From Psilocybe cubensis (Eukaryota): a stretch of DNA of 64,000 nucleotides. The notes under the pieces were generated by a model. The model ran no database searches and was not told where the DNA came from. It was given only the letters and a program-made list of their open reading frames with translations. The position numbers and the translations under genes are program-made. Shown here one piece after another: positions 36,601-49,838 of this stretch (positions are counted from its first letter, which is position 1; every line of letters starts with the position of its first letter). The stretch spans positions 2,790,001 to 2,854,000 of the forward strand of contig CM039004.1 of NCBI GenBank assembly GCA_017499595.2, read 5' to 3'.

Positions 36601-38230
36601 GTGATCTGTTGTAGATCCGACAGAGTGCTCCTGAAAACACGATGGTGCCGCCCGCCTGTGCAATTCGGCTGATGAAGACCAGGGTAACCCCCATCTTTGG
36701 GGCATAAAGGACATCACGGAGCAACTGCTTTGTTGCGGGCCCGTCACCGTTAGGTATGTCAACGTACATATCTCCCTTGCCAGTCGCAAAGAACTGATGC
36801 TTATCGGCAGCTATGATAGGCTTCGGGTCGGTCTCGACAAAATTAATGAAGCAATGTCGGTGTCCGGACATGTGGCGTGTAGCACCCAAGTCATACAAAT
36901 CCATATCGACGAGGGTCTGCTTTTGGGTGAGGGTGGCAGAGGTGAATGTGCTGTGAGCTTCATCTGTAGCAGTGAGGGACAGGACTGCTCGAGAGGTAGG
37001 TGCGTAAATTTCCTCCCATTCATCATCAGAGTCATCGGAGTCTGACACAGATTGCAGACCCGGAATCTCTTCATCACTGTCCTCATCACCGGAGTCACTA
37101 ACTGACTGGAGGGCTGGCATGCCATCCAAGTCAGCATTGGAGATGGGATCGTACTCGGAGCAGCTGGAAATGAGCTCGAGAATGTCGGCGTCGGAGAGGG
37201 AGAATTCGGATGAGGAAGAACAGGTGAGTTCCTCAGACAAAGCATCGAATTCATCATCCGACGTGGTCATGGCCATCCAACCTTCCTCGTCCCCATCATT
37301 CTTTGCACTAGCCGCTGTCTCCTTCCCCTTCCCCTTGTCGCCTCCGCCTCCACTGCTCTCCTTGCCCTTTCCCTTGGGCTTCGAGCCACTCGGGCCTTGC
37401 CCTGCCCTACCACCACCCTCCGCCCAGCACTCGGACTTGAAGTGCCCACGCTTCTTGCAGTTGTGGCACTCAACATTCTTCTTCCACCCACCCTTCCTCC
37501 CACGTGAACCTCCCGCGTCTCCATGAAAGGCCGAGTTTTCTTCTCGCCTGCTGGTACCCTTCTGGCCCAGCGCACGACGGTCGTACTCTTCGGTCACCGT
37601 GTGCATCAACTCATCAGGGGATAAAGTCGTGCCAATGACGCTTGACATGGCGTTTACGGCTGATATGTAGGGGTCGTAGGAAGATGGGAGAGATCCCATA
37701 ATGATCGCGTAAAAGTCGTCATCCGTTGGCGGCTGTCCCATGGCTGCCAAATCTTTGCGCATCAAGCGCAACTTGTTGAAATGTGCTCGCACATCTCCAC
37801 GCTCGGGGCAGTGTTCCTGCTGTAGCCGGCGTCGCAAATCCACGGAGACCATCCGTGATTTGTTCTCGAAGTCTCTTGTGAGAGCATCCCAAATATTGAA
37901 GGCAGATCCCTTGCCTTGAATCTTCATAAAATGTGAGTCCGAAATCGTTGCCGCAATCTGTTGCTTAACGATTGCCTCTCCTTGGTTCCAGGCCTTCAGC
38001 TCCTTTCGCCATTCCGCATCAAGAACTGCCTGCTCGTTAGTGAGCGGCTGATTTGGGACACGAGTGATGGGGTCTGGCGGAGCTACTGCGGTGCCGTCAA
38101 CGTGCTCGAGTTTGCCACGCGCGTCAATGGACCATAAGAAGCGTTGCTTATAGATCACCCAGTTCTTGCCCGCCTCGTCGAGCTTGGGGATCTTCATGAA
38201 GTCATCGCTTAGTTTAGAAATAGAAGACAT
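33668..38230 (-). pseudogene. Copia gag-pol polyprotein broken by an in-frame stop
   Basis: Zinc knuckle CHNCKKRGHFKSEC, protease-like YDLGATRHM, HRRMGH...C..C integrase Zn finger, IHSDVWG and HSDRGGEY, stop at 36032-36034, RT YKARLVARGF / ALYGLKQ / VHVDN, RNase H FVDAD...RTKHIDIRYHFIR. Confidence 0.92.
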
Positions 38231-38335
38231 GGTTGACAGTAATAAGTGGAGAGTTTTGCTGAGGGTAAATAGGTCACTGGTTGGTTGAGTAGAATGAATG
38301 CTGGATTGATTCAGTGTCTCTCGGGGCCCATAACC

Positions 38336-38622
38336 TAATGAAAAGATAATCTCAGTACGATAGATACGAACTGTGTATTTCTGGTAGATACCTAATGAAA
38401 AGATAATCTACACAAAGAGTAAGCAATGAACCAAATGTAAGTAAGATAGCTGGCACACACCTCAGTACGATAGATACGAACTGAGGTGGTGCCATTTCGT
38501 CGAAAGGAATATAAGTGAAATGGCTTGAATGTAACAAGTAACTAAATATGAATGTAACGAAAAATGGTCCATAGTCCAGACCGCCGTCACGAGGACGCGC
38601 CGGTCAGTTTGCTATTCCAACA
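38336..38622 (-). repeat. 5' LTR of the Copia element
   Basis: Direct repeat of 33374-33660, adjacent to the PBS. Confidence 0.95.
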
Positions 38623-40519
38623 GGAAATGGATCTGGAAGCTTACAGGGACTGTGGTGAAATAGACAGCAGTTTTGAGAGTCCTGAGATTATTTGCACCTT
38701 CTTTGATGTCGATGGCTGTCTTGTAATTTCCATAGACAATGGCCGCTCCGCAAATACTTCCTAGCAGCTGAGAAAGCATGTAGCCAGGAACCTTGTGCCA
38801 CGGAAATCCACGCCAGACTGCCATCGCTAGAGTAACCTAGAGAATAAGTCAGTTTGAAGGTTTAAATAGGGTGGTGACAATGTGAATGACCTACAGCTGG
38901 ATTGATGTGTCCGCCAGAAAGAAATACACCCAGTGCAATACCTGAAAAATCTTAGAAAATAAGGAATGGTTTGTATATGCAAGATAATACCTGCTCCCCA
39001 ACCCAGACTTAGAGGGCTCCATGTCTAATGAAAAAATGCCTCAGTACAGACTATTATATTGCAATTGTGGACGCCTCGAATGACTTACACCAGCCGGAGA
39101 AGGTGAAATAGCAGGAACAGAGCTTAAATTGTATTGACAGTTGGCTGCTGTTCCAAACATCACAAGAACCATGGTCCCAAAAAACTCTCCGGCATACTCC
39201 ATCATGAGAGAACTAAATAGCAGGTTAGCTCAAAATGATCATCAATAGTCTCGGGTGATATAGCTCGCACCGGGCCCGCCAAATGCGTCCATATAAGTAA
39301 GGACGACCATCATGGAATGTCTCGTTCTGATGTCCAGGTTCCGTCCGAATCACATGGGTAGATGGGCCTCGGGAGACCGGAGGTCGAGACGGTTGATGAA
39401 CGAGGTGTTCACCCTGGTCATTGGTATCCCATATTTTGTTACTGACGGTTGAAGTCGAGGTCATTTTTTTCTGAATAAATACAGTGAATGGTTGCTGCCA
39501 CAGACTCCGACGGGCAAGCCTTTTTATACCTTTCAAGCTTGATGGAAATTACTGGTTCTGAGGAAAAATTGGAGCAACGAAGACGTAGAGTGGGTACTTT
39601 GAACGAATATTGGCTCACAAAATTATCTTCCACCACCGGAAACGTAAGATAACTTAGACTTTAGACTTGAGTTGCTCAACTCGATCGCGAAGAAATCCAA
39701 TCTGACGCTCGTAGGCACCATCAAGCCTCAGAGCTCCCAGTTTAGTATTCAAGTATAGACAACAGTGTTGTGCGTTCGTCGAATGTCGCAGACGGTCATG
39801 ACTGTGAATTGGGTGAAATTCAGTAATCAATACGCTTGCATCTCCCTGTAGAAGAATATTTTCTGGATAGCTTACAATTTCCCAAATTAATCAGAGAAAA
39901 AGATTGCTGGATCACTTCTTACGTTTTAAAGACCACTCAAAAATGTAGGGGTCTATAGATGGAAGATGCATGACAGGTCACGAAAGCAGATTTCATACTT
40001 TGTGGAGTCCGGACAGTTAATGTACCTGGAAGAAATTTCTCTGAAAGCCTTCCTTGCAAAGGAATGAGAAAATGCACCAACGAGGACTAAACGTGGGCCT
40101 GGATGACGTTCACCAACTTCAAGAAGTAGCCACCCCTCAAAGTCGCACTTTTTCAAGGAATACCGCAGAGAGTACTCGAGTATCCAACGTTCCATAAAGT
40201 AGAGAAAGTTATCCGTTCTGCCAGCAATATTATAGAGGTTACAGTTTGAGAGATACATGACGATATTTGTGGAATTTGTGGAAAAGAACGAGAACAACTT
40301 ACAGGCTCGTCGGAGACCGTTCGGAGTTTGAATGGTCCCATGGACTTACCATCCGACTCTCGCCGCACCGCCATTAACCACAACCTGACCACATCCAACG
40401 TTTCAAACCATTTTTCAACATTGAATTCGGAGTTCTGAAAATGTATATTAAGTTTATTCGATAGAAGCCCCGTGTTGTTATATCCTTCTTCTCTACGACT
40501 TTGGCACGGACACCAAGCT

Positions 40520-42349
40520 ATGGATTCAAACGGCGCGAAGGGTCTTTTGCAGCTTCCGCCCGAAGTATTGTTGTTGGTTTTGGGGATGGTGGACCCTCGG
40601 GATCTCATAAGGCTTCGATTGGTGAGTACCATGCACTTATGACGATACAACTGACGTTTCATTACATCTAGACTTGTAGAAGGTTACAAAAGTTAACGTA
40701 CGATCACGCTGTTTGGGTATCAAAGTTGAACGAACAAGCAGCGTATCTCCCTCTTCCACCGGATATTTTGCACCAGCGCGAACACGACAAACATCTCCTG
40801 ACATTTTCTGAAAACTCTATTGAATCCACTGTGCTCAAAGGCCAACGAATATGTGATGCATGGCCCCGTGCTCGTTTGAAAACGCCCATCAAACTGAAGG
40901 ACACGGATGGTAGATTGATGTGGATTGGTCTTAATCTTGTTGCCGATAGATGGCTGGTTGCTACATATCATGAGGGAATTATTCACATTTACGACACGAA
41001 ACAAGGTTCTCCCGTTCTTCAACGTACCGTCGATCTTCAAGAGAAGGGATGGACGTCATTTTCAGTGGGAATTGACCCAACGGAGAAGCGCTTGATTATA
41101 GCCCTATGTCTTTCTCATCCGTAGGTCAAGTTCTCTCATCTCATGTAAATAAACAAGACTTAATCATTGGTTCTAGACCTTATAGGATTCATATTTACCA
41201 GATAGAACTTCTGGCCGTCAATCAAGCAGTGTCTTTGATACGCATTATCATCTTGCCTCATTATAAAATCATACAGGCCCTCGATATCCCAAATAGACTC
41301 GTCATAGTATCAACCGCTGCCTCTGTTACAACTTTGAAATGGGACGAAGACTACGATCCCGAAGCGCGTGATGCAACATTTAATGTCAATGCCGAAGACG
41401 AAGGAGGTTGGGTGCGTCAGTTTTACTGCCAAATCAATCGTCTCTAACCATTTCTACTTTAGTGGGATGGGGTAATTGGGGTCTGCCTTCTCGGGTCATA
41501 CATATTAGTCCACAAAACTCGATCTCTCCATGTACGCCAATACAAAGACCGTTGCGGGTCTGCACTCAAACACAAATTTACCCTGTCATTTAAACAAGTC
41601 TCGTTTTCTGCGTCATCCAAATCGACCAACAAGCTTTCAGGAACGACGGTGTACGAAGTCTCCACTTTTGCATACGACGTGATTCAGGGACTCTTCCAAT
41701 TCAACATCAAACTCACAGTCCCAGAATCTTTCGGTGTTCCCCCATCGCTCGATGTCCAACTAACAAGTGTCTACCCACTAGCGCTCGGTGTGATCCAGCC
41801 CATCGCATCTTCGCAATCCGCACCACACCCTTCTCCTTCAGTTTCCTCGCCTGATTTTAGCCCATCGCCATCGTTCAAACATACCCACGCGACTAGGGCA
41901 TCTGACACATCTTCCATTGTTGTTCATCCAGCCAACCCAGCTGCGGATACGGACTACCGCTCACGGGGTTTTCTGAGCACGCAATGCATGGGACCACAGG
42001 GTAAGCGTGGGATATGGGTTGAGCGCCAACGGTCGGGCACGGTGCGTGATCTCCAAGTCTGGTTCCGCGAGCCTTCAGAGCCATCGTCAAGCGCAGAGCG
42101 TGCGCTATCAGAACCAAGCACTGCAGAATTTCCTTTGCCGGTGATGGAGATAGAGCGCAGAGTCATTTATACTCTGCAATCCTATGATCTCAGAGGTATT
42201 CACCCTCCTATATTTCGTTGTAATCAATATACTGATATTGTGTTATCAATGTAGACGATATCTTGATATCGACGTTTAACGAATTGAATGGCACAATTTA
42301 TCTGGGACATCGATCAGGCTACATTTCCGTCATTGCCTTGGAATGTTGA
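40520..42349 (+). CDS. F-box domain protein, spliced
   Basis: MDSNGAKGLLQLPPEVLLLVLGMVDPRDLIRLRL/TCRRLQKLTYDHAVW F-box motif across an intron; C-terminal MGPQGKRGIWVERQR...YTLQSYDLRDDI. Confidence 0.75.
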
Positions 42350-42500
42350 ACATTTTTAGACGATACAAATCGTTTTCTGACTGTGGGTGTGGTTTTTGTT
42401 TGTACACACCACGACTTGAATCACATCTATTTACATAACAACACGACTAGTTGCTATCCAGACAAAAGAAATTCTTTCATCATATTACTCTTCACCATAT

Positions 42501-44712
42501 CTACCAGAACCGAGTCTGCAACGAATCCAATCCTGCCATCATTCTCAACATGACGATGTTGGATGTCAAGCTTGAAAACTAACAGTACAACCCCAAGTCA
42601 GTCGCCATCTCCACGAATGGCATAAAATCTACGAAATAGACTCACTCCGTTTCCAATAAACACCTCCGCCCTCTGCGCGACGTACATATCGAGCGCCTGT
42701 GACACAGGCTTTTCCTCCCACCCGAGACGTAGATCGCGGCTCGTTGCAATGTCTTCCCACTCCCATGGTATGCCATCCCACTCCTTTGTATCCTGCTGCA
42801 AAGCATGTTTCACTTCGTCCAGCCAGCCAGACTCGCCATTTGTCAATATGTAGATTTTCTTGAAATATTTGTTCGCTGCCGTCGCCACTCTAGTCTGACT
42901 CGTTTCTAACAACCCAAATGCACCAATTTTTACTGAATTGGTGGTCGTGCTGTTTCGAATGTGTTGCAACTTTTCAACAATGACATCCGGTATCCACCAA
43001 CGCCAGTTCTTATGCGCTCGGATAACGACCTCTGTCTCTAGCCTCTCTTTCTCATGCACCAATGCCGCATAATCCATTACGACCTCCCTGACGCGCTTCA
43101 CGATTTGCTGGATGTCTGGGAGACAATGGCGGGCATAGACCTCCTTCCTCCTTTCCATCGACGCCACTTGGAGCGGATCACTGGCACTTGTGCCATTTGC
43201 AGCTTCCTCGAGCCCTTCGACGACGTCCGGGACGTCAAACGCGTCTCGAGCTCGAGACTCTGGGAATGAGTTGAATCCAGTATACGTCGACCCCCATTCC
43301 GCAAGATGGATGCAGTGCTCTGCGAAATCACCTCGGCGGAGGTGCAATGCGAGAACTGGGAGAGTGTGCGTATCGTTCAGAAGATATTTTTTGGCTCTGT
43401 GCTTTATCCTGACTTTGGGATCTTGTTGTATGGATGCATTAAAAGGTGCAGTGCGGATAATGGCAGGGGCTGGGTTAAGATAGGTCCACCATCCTTTGAG
43501 GTACTCGGCAAGGCTGATCTGTAAATCGCCCTCTGCTGCAAAGTTCCTGATGTTCTTGAGGAACGCGCGTTTGATGAGTGGGGACCATGACCATAGCTTG
43601 AGCACTGGAGAGTTTGACAGGGTGGGCCAAAGCGAATGCATTCGCGGCGAACCAAGGAGCCTACAACAATTTACCAGGCAGGTCAATTATATTTGTACAG
43701 CAGAAACCAAGGGCATCTTCAGCGTACCAAATATCAAAGGCATGGTCTGGCGAGAACTTGTTAACCTCGATGCAACGCGCGTTTTTGTACTTGGGTGTTT
43801 CGAGCACTGCGAGCCATGCGTCTAGTACCTGTTTTCCAGTGGCTTCGGGGAGCCGAATGTTGCTGTTGGTGGTGTGCAGATATGATTCGACTGTCTCTTT
43901 ATCGATCACGACTCGTTCGATTCGTGGGCAGAGTCGTTCGAAAACTCTGCTTGAGATAGATGGGGGCATTGTGATGGAGTGGTTGGCGCGTGTGTTGCTA
44001 CTCGACTCGTCGATTCCTAGTATATGCCCTGGCACTTCATGTTTAACAAACTCGCATTTTGAATAGAAGTATTCACCTCTGATCATAGTGGAAAGGGGTA
44101 TTCGCGAGGTGATAACCCGGCCGTTATAGTCTGAATAATTATTGCCGCTGCTGTCCCAGGTGTAGTCGTCCCACACGTATCTGCACAAAACTTAACCAAT
44201 CATCATGCGCATATATCCACAAACTTAACGTACCCGAGCTTCGCTTCCCCCGCCAACATGGCGCTGAACACCATTTCCTGAAGCACATTTCCCCACCCAC
44301 ACCCACTTGCGTGGTTTGCAAAGAATATGTAGCTACCCTCTGCAATCCCGCCTGCATGGTTCAGCAGGTTGTTTACAGACAAATCGTCTTCGTATTCTCG
44401 GTATCGTTCGTATAAAGGCGGTAACGGCGGGATTGTCGAGTTGATAGGGGCTGATTCGTTGAATGGCGAGGCGTCCTGGGCATCTGGGTACGGAACCGTG
44501 TATCCCTCCGTAGATGTAGCTTGAAGGAATTTCCACTGAAGCTGCGAAAGATACAAAGACCCGGATATTATGAATATCCCGATTATCATGCGTATGTAGC
44601 GTTTTGGAAGACGCGGCGATGCTGCGAAATGTAAGATTGTGTTAGGGGTGCCACTCAAGCTCGTAGATGCACTGGAGAGCTGCGTTTTTTCTTCTCCAAA
44701 ACGGAAGGGCAT
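42501..44712 (-). CDS. O-fucosyltransferase-like glycosyltransferase, type II membrane protein
   Basis: N-terminal TM (IIGIFIISGSLYL), GWGNVLQE, ALHLRRGDFAEHC, IYILTNGESGWL and QALDMYVAQRAEVFIGNG/FSSLTSNIVMLR; start codon uncertain. Confidence 0.7.
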
Positions 44713-45099
44713 TCTCAGAGGTGTACGAGGAATAAAGATGCTGTTTTCAGAGCTGTTCGAGGAAGTAAATGATTTTAAAAAGGTACTCAACGTGAATTTT
44801 TTTTTTGAAGGCTGTCGAACGACGCCAGTTACGCCAGAATCTAAAAATAGACTGTATGGACTTGGGGGCAGTTTGAGCGAAAAAAAATGTCTTTTGAGTA
44901 TAGATTTGGAGTTTATCATCCACTCAGTTCTCTTAGTCACATAGAGTAGTTGTGGTTGGAGTATTTGTGTTTATTTTAAAAAACGAAAGCATAGGTGAGA
45001 GTGCAAACAATTGAGATAGTGTAGGTAATTCTAAACTGCTTTGTTGGGCGCGTCAATGCGAAATCGCTCGTTTATTGTTTATTTCTCTTCACCGGTTCG

Positions 45100-45720
45100 C
45101 ACTATACCCCGGTGTCGTTGTCTTTCCGAATATATTTGTGACGTCCAGTTGAGTGCCTGCTCCGAAGTCCACGTAGTCCCCCCAAGTGGCCGACCCTGCA
45201 GCGACGATGCACTCATTAGCCGGATATTTGGAGTTTTGCATCGCGGCTGGTTTAGAATATGCGCCAGCGTCCCATGAGATCGGTCTTGTATCCGGTGCTG
45301 GCCCTTCCTGCCCCGTATCTGGAGAAGGTTTTGTCAGTAAATCGAAGTGTCCCGAGTCTCAGTGATGCAACGTATAACGGGGTGGTTCTTGATTTGTTTC
45401 TCGGCGAGGAAGGTCTCAGCTTCAGCCAAATTATGGATGACATGAGCAACGTGCCTTTTTTTATGCTCGCGACCTTTTTCTACGTGGACGTGTCAACGCT
45501 TGAAGTAGAAAGCACGACTAAGAGAATCAACTCACTTTAGCCATGAGGCAGTACATGGTGTAAAGACTTTTTTTATTCGAAGGCCAGCGTAATACGGCGG
45601 TGTGATAATATCCTTATCTATTGTCCTATCCAGGTCATGAAAAGTTGAATGAGGCTGCCACTCGTCGTAGACAGAACAAGAGCCATCGATTGAAAACACA
45701 CCCTAGAATCCAGTAAAGAC
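45100..45720 (-). CDS. Possible hypothetical spliced protein, boundaries uncertain
   Basis: Open segments (SVYDEWQPHSTFHDLDRT...FTPCTASWLK and KGREHKKRHVAHVIHNLAEAETF) separated by a GTGAGT...TAG intron-like stretch; no family recognised. Confidence 0.3.
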
Positions 45721-46030
45721 AGCCAGATAGGAGCGATCAGCCTTCGTTGAAATTTTCAATCAGCTTCAATTTCCAGGATAAAGGTCCAGCTGACAACTAG
45801 GGAGCCAAATTTAAAGACCCAAGTTACGAGTTCTGGGCGGTTGTGTGAAGACTACTTTGAGAGGTCCAAGACTGTTAAGGCGAAATCAAAGTTGGGTTCA
45901 AAAATTTTGTAACATTTGATTGACGCGATTTGTGAAGGTTTTTGTTTGGAAAACGAGCTCCGCCGGATATCTGCAGCCGAGATCAAGGGCACGTTTTGAA
46001 CGTTGAACCTTTACCTCATTCACGATCTTC

Positions 46031-47099
46031 ATGTCGACGCCGTGTAAACGTGTATTTCCTCCATTATACACGCCTACTGGTGATGCTCTCAAAGATAAAT
46101 TGGCATTTATACATCTTCTTGAGAGACTCAAGGTGTGACCGTTGCAATAATTCGGATCAGTAAGATTGACATCGACACGTTCGCGACAGACTCAGAAGAG
46201 AACGGGATGGGTGGATAACAAGGTATGTGCCAATTCTGCTTTTTTCGATGTGTTAACATCAATGCTATAGATCCCAAATCCAGAGAGGTAGACGTCGAAT
46301 CCACGTCGTATTCATCTGCTAAATCAGCGAGTCCAGTATATCAGACCACATGTATCGCATGGCCATGCTCGCAATGCTATCGGAGGACTTGAAGCTAGAC
46401 ATCTCCAAGTCGGTGCAGTGATCCATCATGGTCTTACTCAAACTCGATGACGAACGGTTCCGTATCCCTCGAATCTTGCCTGATAGATGTGTGATGATGG
46501 CTTTGGTGCATGATCTTGCTGAAGCTCAAGGTATGTCATATCTGCAGCACATACTGTAAAAAAACTCATCAACAATACGCAGTTGGCGATATCGCACCGA
46601 GAGAAGGAATACCAAAGGCAGAAAAGCACAGACTAGAATCCGAAGCTATGCACAATATCGTGCACGACATGCTTCACAATAGCCCAGCTGCGCAGAAAAT
46701 CAACGCTCTCTGGATGGTGCGTGTCTGGATTATTATGCGATGTCAGTTTTTACAACTTGCTCCAGGAGTACGAAGATGGGCAATCTCCTGAAGCTAAATT
46801 TGTCAAAGGTACATCTCATCGTATTTCTACGTTGAATCTTTGTTCAGCTCCTTTATAGATCTTGATCGATTTGAAATGGCGTCACAAGGTAGGCAGCCGT
46901 ACTGTATTTAATATTTTCCAATCGCAAATCTGTTCCCCCCCATCTAGCTCTAGAGTATGAGAAAAATCATGGCGCAAGTCTGCAACCATTCTTCGACAGC
47001 AGCATACCAAAACTCCAACACCCTCAAGTACAAGAATGGGGTCAGGGACTGCTAGGAGAAAGATACAACATAAGCAACACATCTACAACAAGCCGGTAA
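46031..47099 (+). CDS. HD-domain 5'-deoxynucleotidase (HDDC2/YfbR-like), multi-exon
   Basis: LERLK/TQKRTGWV, ISDHMYRMAMLAM, CVMMALVHDLAEAQVGDIAP, EAKFVK/DLDRFEMASQ/ALEYEK. Confidence 0.88.
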
Positions 47100-47131
47100 C
47101 CCAAGGGCCAAAATTGTGTGCATGTCTTCGA

Positions 47132-47776
47132 CTACGGTTCAAAATTGCGATACTCTGCCTCCACCTCGTCTAATTCAGTCATAGAAGTATCCTCGAGCTG
47201 TGTTACCAATGGTGGTTGATGGGCGTAAGTTCCAATACAAGTACCCATTCCAAATAATGAGCTACTCACAGGATGATTAGTCTCATACTCATACTCGATG
47301 ATAAAACCTGCCGCATGTTGGTATGTGCCGCGTCTGATATCGAATATCTGGAACTCGATCGACCCTCCAAGTGGGTTGTGTCCCGCCGCCCTGCTAATGT
47401 TCATTTGATCATCCCTTGGTGACTTGATAATATGGTATTCCGCCTCATCGTACAGCAGGACACCCTCGAACAATGATACCACCTCGCCGTCGTACCGCAG
47501 CACGACGTTCACCGGCCTTCGTGGCTCTGAGCCGGCCACATTTACATGGGCACTGCGTGCGACTTCGATTTGGAAGTCATTGTTTAGTGAGTACCCGTAT
47601 GGGACTTTGAAGCGGCATATGTGTATCATCGGGCTTCCGCTTTGGATTGAATGATGCCCTGTAAGGAGTGGTTTCGACCAGTGTCGGTCTACGTAAAACA
47701 GTTTGCATGTGTACCCATTTGATTCCATGAGAATGTTGTTGCCAGACGAGGTCCTGAAGCTGGTTGGATTGGACAT
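47132..47776 (-). CDS. Hypothetical protein
   Basis: 214-codon ATG ORF, possibly with one short intron near the 5' end; no family recognised. Confidence 0.45.
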   Translation of the reverse strand: MSNPTSFRTSSGNNILMESNGYTCKLFYVDRHWSKPLLTGHHSIQSGSPMIHICRFKVPYGYSLNNDFQIEVARSAHVNVAGSEPRRPVNVVLRYDGEVVSLFEGVLLYDEAEYHIIKSPRDDQMNISRAAGHNPLGGSIEFQIFDIRRGTYQHAAGFIIEYEYETNHPVSSSLFGMGTCIGTYAHQPPLVTQLEDTSMTELDEVEAEYRNFEP

Positions 47777-49767
47777 GGTGCTAGGGGAGGTATTTGAGGA
47801 TTAAATCGTGGAGATACGATAGAGGAAACAATCTAGGGAAGGAGTTTATATGGTGGCAGGTCGGTGAGGGTGCCCCCGTATGCCATCCAGGATTTTGTGG
47901 CCACCAACAAGGAAGTTGTACCATTCAAGTCATTGAGACTTGGCCAGTAACAGGTGCAAAAGGCTGGCAACCTTCCTGGATGGACCCGTCGGCCCACTTG
48001 GAAAGCTGCCATTGGCTTCAACCAGAGCAACCGGCATTACTATGACCACTGCAAGGCCAAATCAGTATTCTTGCTCGTATGCATAATGCAACACAAGCCC
48101 TCCACCGAGTCTGAGCGGAATTGTTGCATCTATCGGGCCCCGTAATGACGTATCTTTGGTCAAGTAGGAAACTGAACTGGACTACCGTGGCCACTGGTGC
48201 TACACCAAAGACCTCCCAGCGGAACACAGACCACCCATGAAAAGATGCCACTGATAGAAAATTCAAAAATGTACCACCCGAATCTAGGTCCTAATCCTAA
48301 TGGCGAATATCGAACCGAACGAAACAGATGGGTCGAAAGACCGTGCATATATCGTAACCACCATAATGCGTATGGCGACAGCATGTTAAATGCTGCTACT
48401 TCTGGGCTATGACACGGACGTCTTTTCAATGACAAGACGTTCGGGGGATCCATGTGCAAAAATCCACGATCTCATCTTCGTTTTCTTGATATTTCTTCGG
48501 AAGTCTGTATATCATAGCTTTTGCAACTTACCGTCAAGTTCGGAGAAAGTGCCTAGGAAATACGTGATTTGCATCTGGGAATGTTATATCTGCTGGTAAG
48601 AGACAGTGACAGTCATTTTGGGTGGCTTTCTTATACCCATTCTCTCGTTGTTGGTAAGTAAATGATAATTCTGTCTTAAAATCAAGTCAGTCACAAACTG
48701 AACATCGGGGATACTTCCGTGTGAAGTAAACAAGAAAACATCAGAGGAATCTTTGAGACTTGAGACATATGCTTTCTTCGGCTTTCATTCCCAACGAACA
48801 ACTTCGTACAATGATCTATACGTTCTCCACGGAACAATCCACAAAAGCGGACATCTGAGGAAGCTTTATCCTGAAACCTGTGGCACGTAGCTATTGGGTA
48901 AGGCAATTTATACCATCGTGAGATGTCTGATATATATCTCAAGAGGATTTAATTGCTTCGTGAATCTGTCCTTCATTTTTATAAGCTCCTGATGGTGTCT
49001 GCGCCGCATTGCGCCTTCAGTAGGTCCGGGGAAAGTGTCAACTGCGATCTATCTATTTCATCTTTTACTGCTTAAGAAAAGTCTATATAATATAGTACAC
49101 ACATAAATTAAGCAGGAAAGCATATTGTCTAGCTCAGATTTTCATTAAAGCATCTTTACCGTATCTTTGTCTCTACGTCTCCCTTGCTGGGACTTATCTC
49201 ATCACCCAAGAATTGACCGTACACCATTGTCGACAATTCCGGGAATTTAATTTTTAACTGCCAGATCACGTATACTTAAATGCATTCAACGTACTAGTGC
49301 TGCTGTATGTCTGCCTTCCTCCATGTGAGATTTCCAAAATGATTGTAACGTCCACTTGCTGAGCAATCCCCATCCTATGAGTGGTTTACCTTGTCATTAA
49401 TCATTTCATTGAGAAGTGGCTTATCCACTTCCCCGTAAGTCCAACTTGATATCAATGTTGTGGCCCCGTTTCTCCGACATCTGCCAAAATGCGATAATTT
49501 GTACTCTGAGTACATGACCCTGGTTTAGATATATACAGGTACATTTGGTAGAGATCGTCTTTGTTTTGTTAGCTCTCAAGATTTAGCTGTTATGACTCCA
49601 ACAATTTAATTTTGCGGCTTGCTATGGCTATGACAGAGATTGATTTGAGATGCTTGGTCCTAAAGGAGTTTAAAGGTATTTTCATCCACTCTACTCAAAT
49701 CATTTCAAATGAAAAATAAAGGAAGGCAACCGCTGTCACATATTAATAGAGCAACGGGATGAAAGAT

Positions 49768-49775
49768 ATATAAGG
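49768..49775 (+). promoter_or_regulatory. TATA-like ATATAAGG upstream of cysteine-rich peptide gene 1
   Basis: The same 8-mer lies about 57-64 nt upstream of the ATG in three of the five family members (also 59260-59267 and 61198-61205 on the minus strand). Confidence 0.5.
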
Positions 49776-49838
49776 ACATTGCATGGTTTGCTCAAGCTCA
49801 CCACTCTCACCTTTACTTTTCACTAAAGTCAATACATT

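Larger units (their letters stand above)
33374..38622 (-). mobile_element. Full-length Ty1/Copia LTR retrotransposon, inactivated
   Basis: Two 287-bp LTRs, 5-bp TSD GGAAA (33369-33373 and 38623-38627), PBS-like GGTTATGGGCCCC after the 5' LTR, polypurine tract TGAGGGGGAG before the 3' LTR; gag-PR-IN-RT-RH domain order. Confidence 0.97.
31797..39464 (-). pseudogene. Aquaglyceroporin paralog, disrupted by two nonsense codons and two intronic insertions
   Basis: Exons match 27247-28741 ([38 protein letters not shown]); premature TGA at 33232-33234 (LLD*RN) and TAA at 31993-31995 (GA*FR). Confidence 0.85.

Noticed and set aside
39950-40440. Protein-like plus-strand stretch with an internal stop
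   Set aside because: Possibly a decayed gene fragment, but no family could be recognised.
47794-49700. Possible sixth cysteine-rich peptide gene or other gene remnants
   Set aside because: A TGCTGC near 49298 lacks the signal exon, microexons and CP-x-stop ending; other ORFs are short and interrupted.
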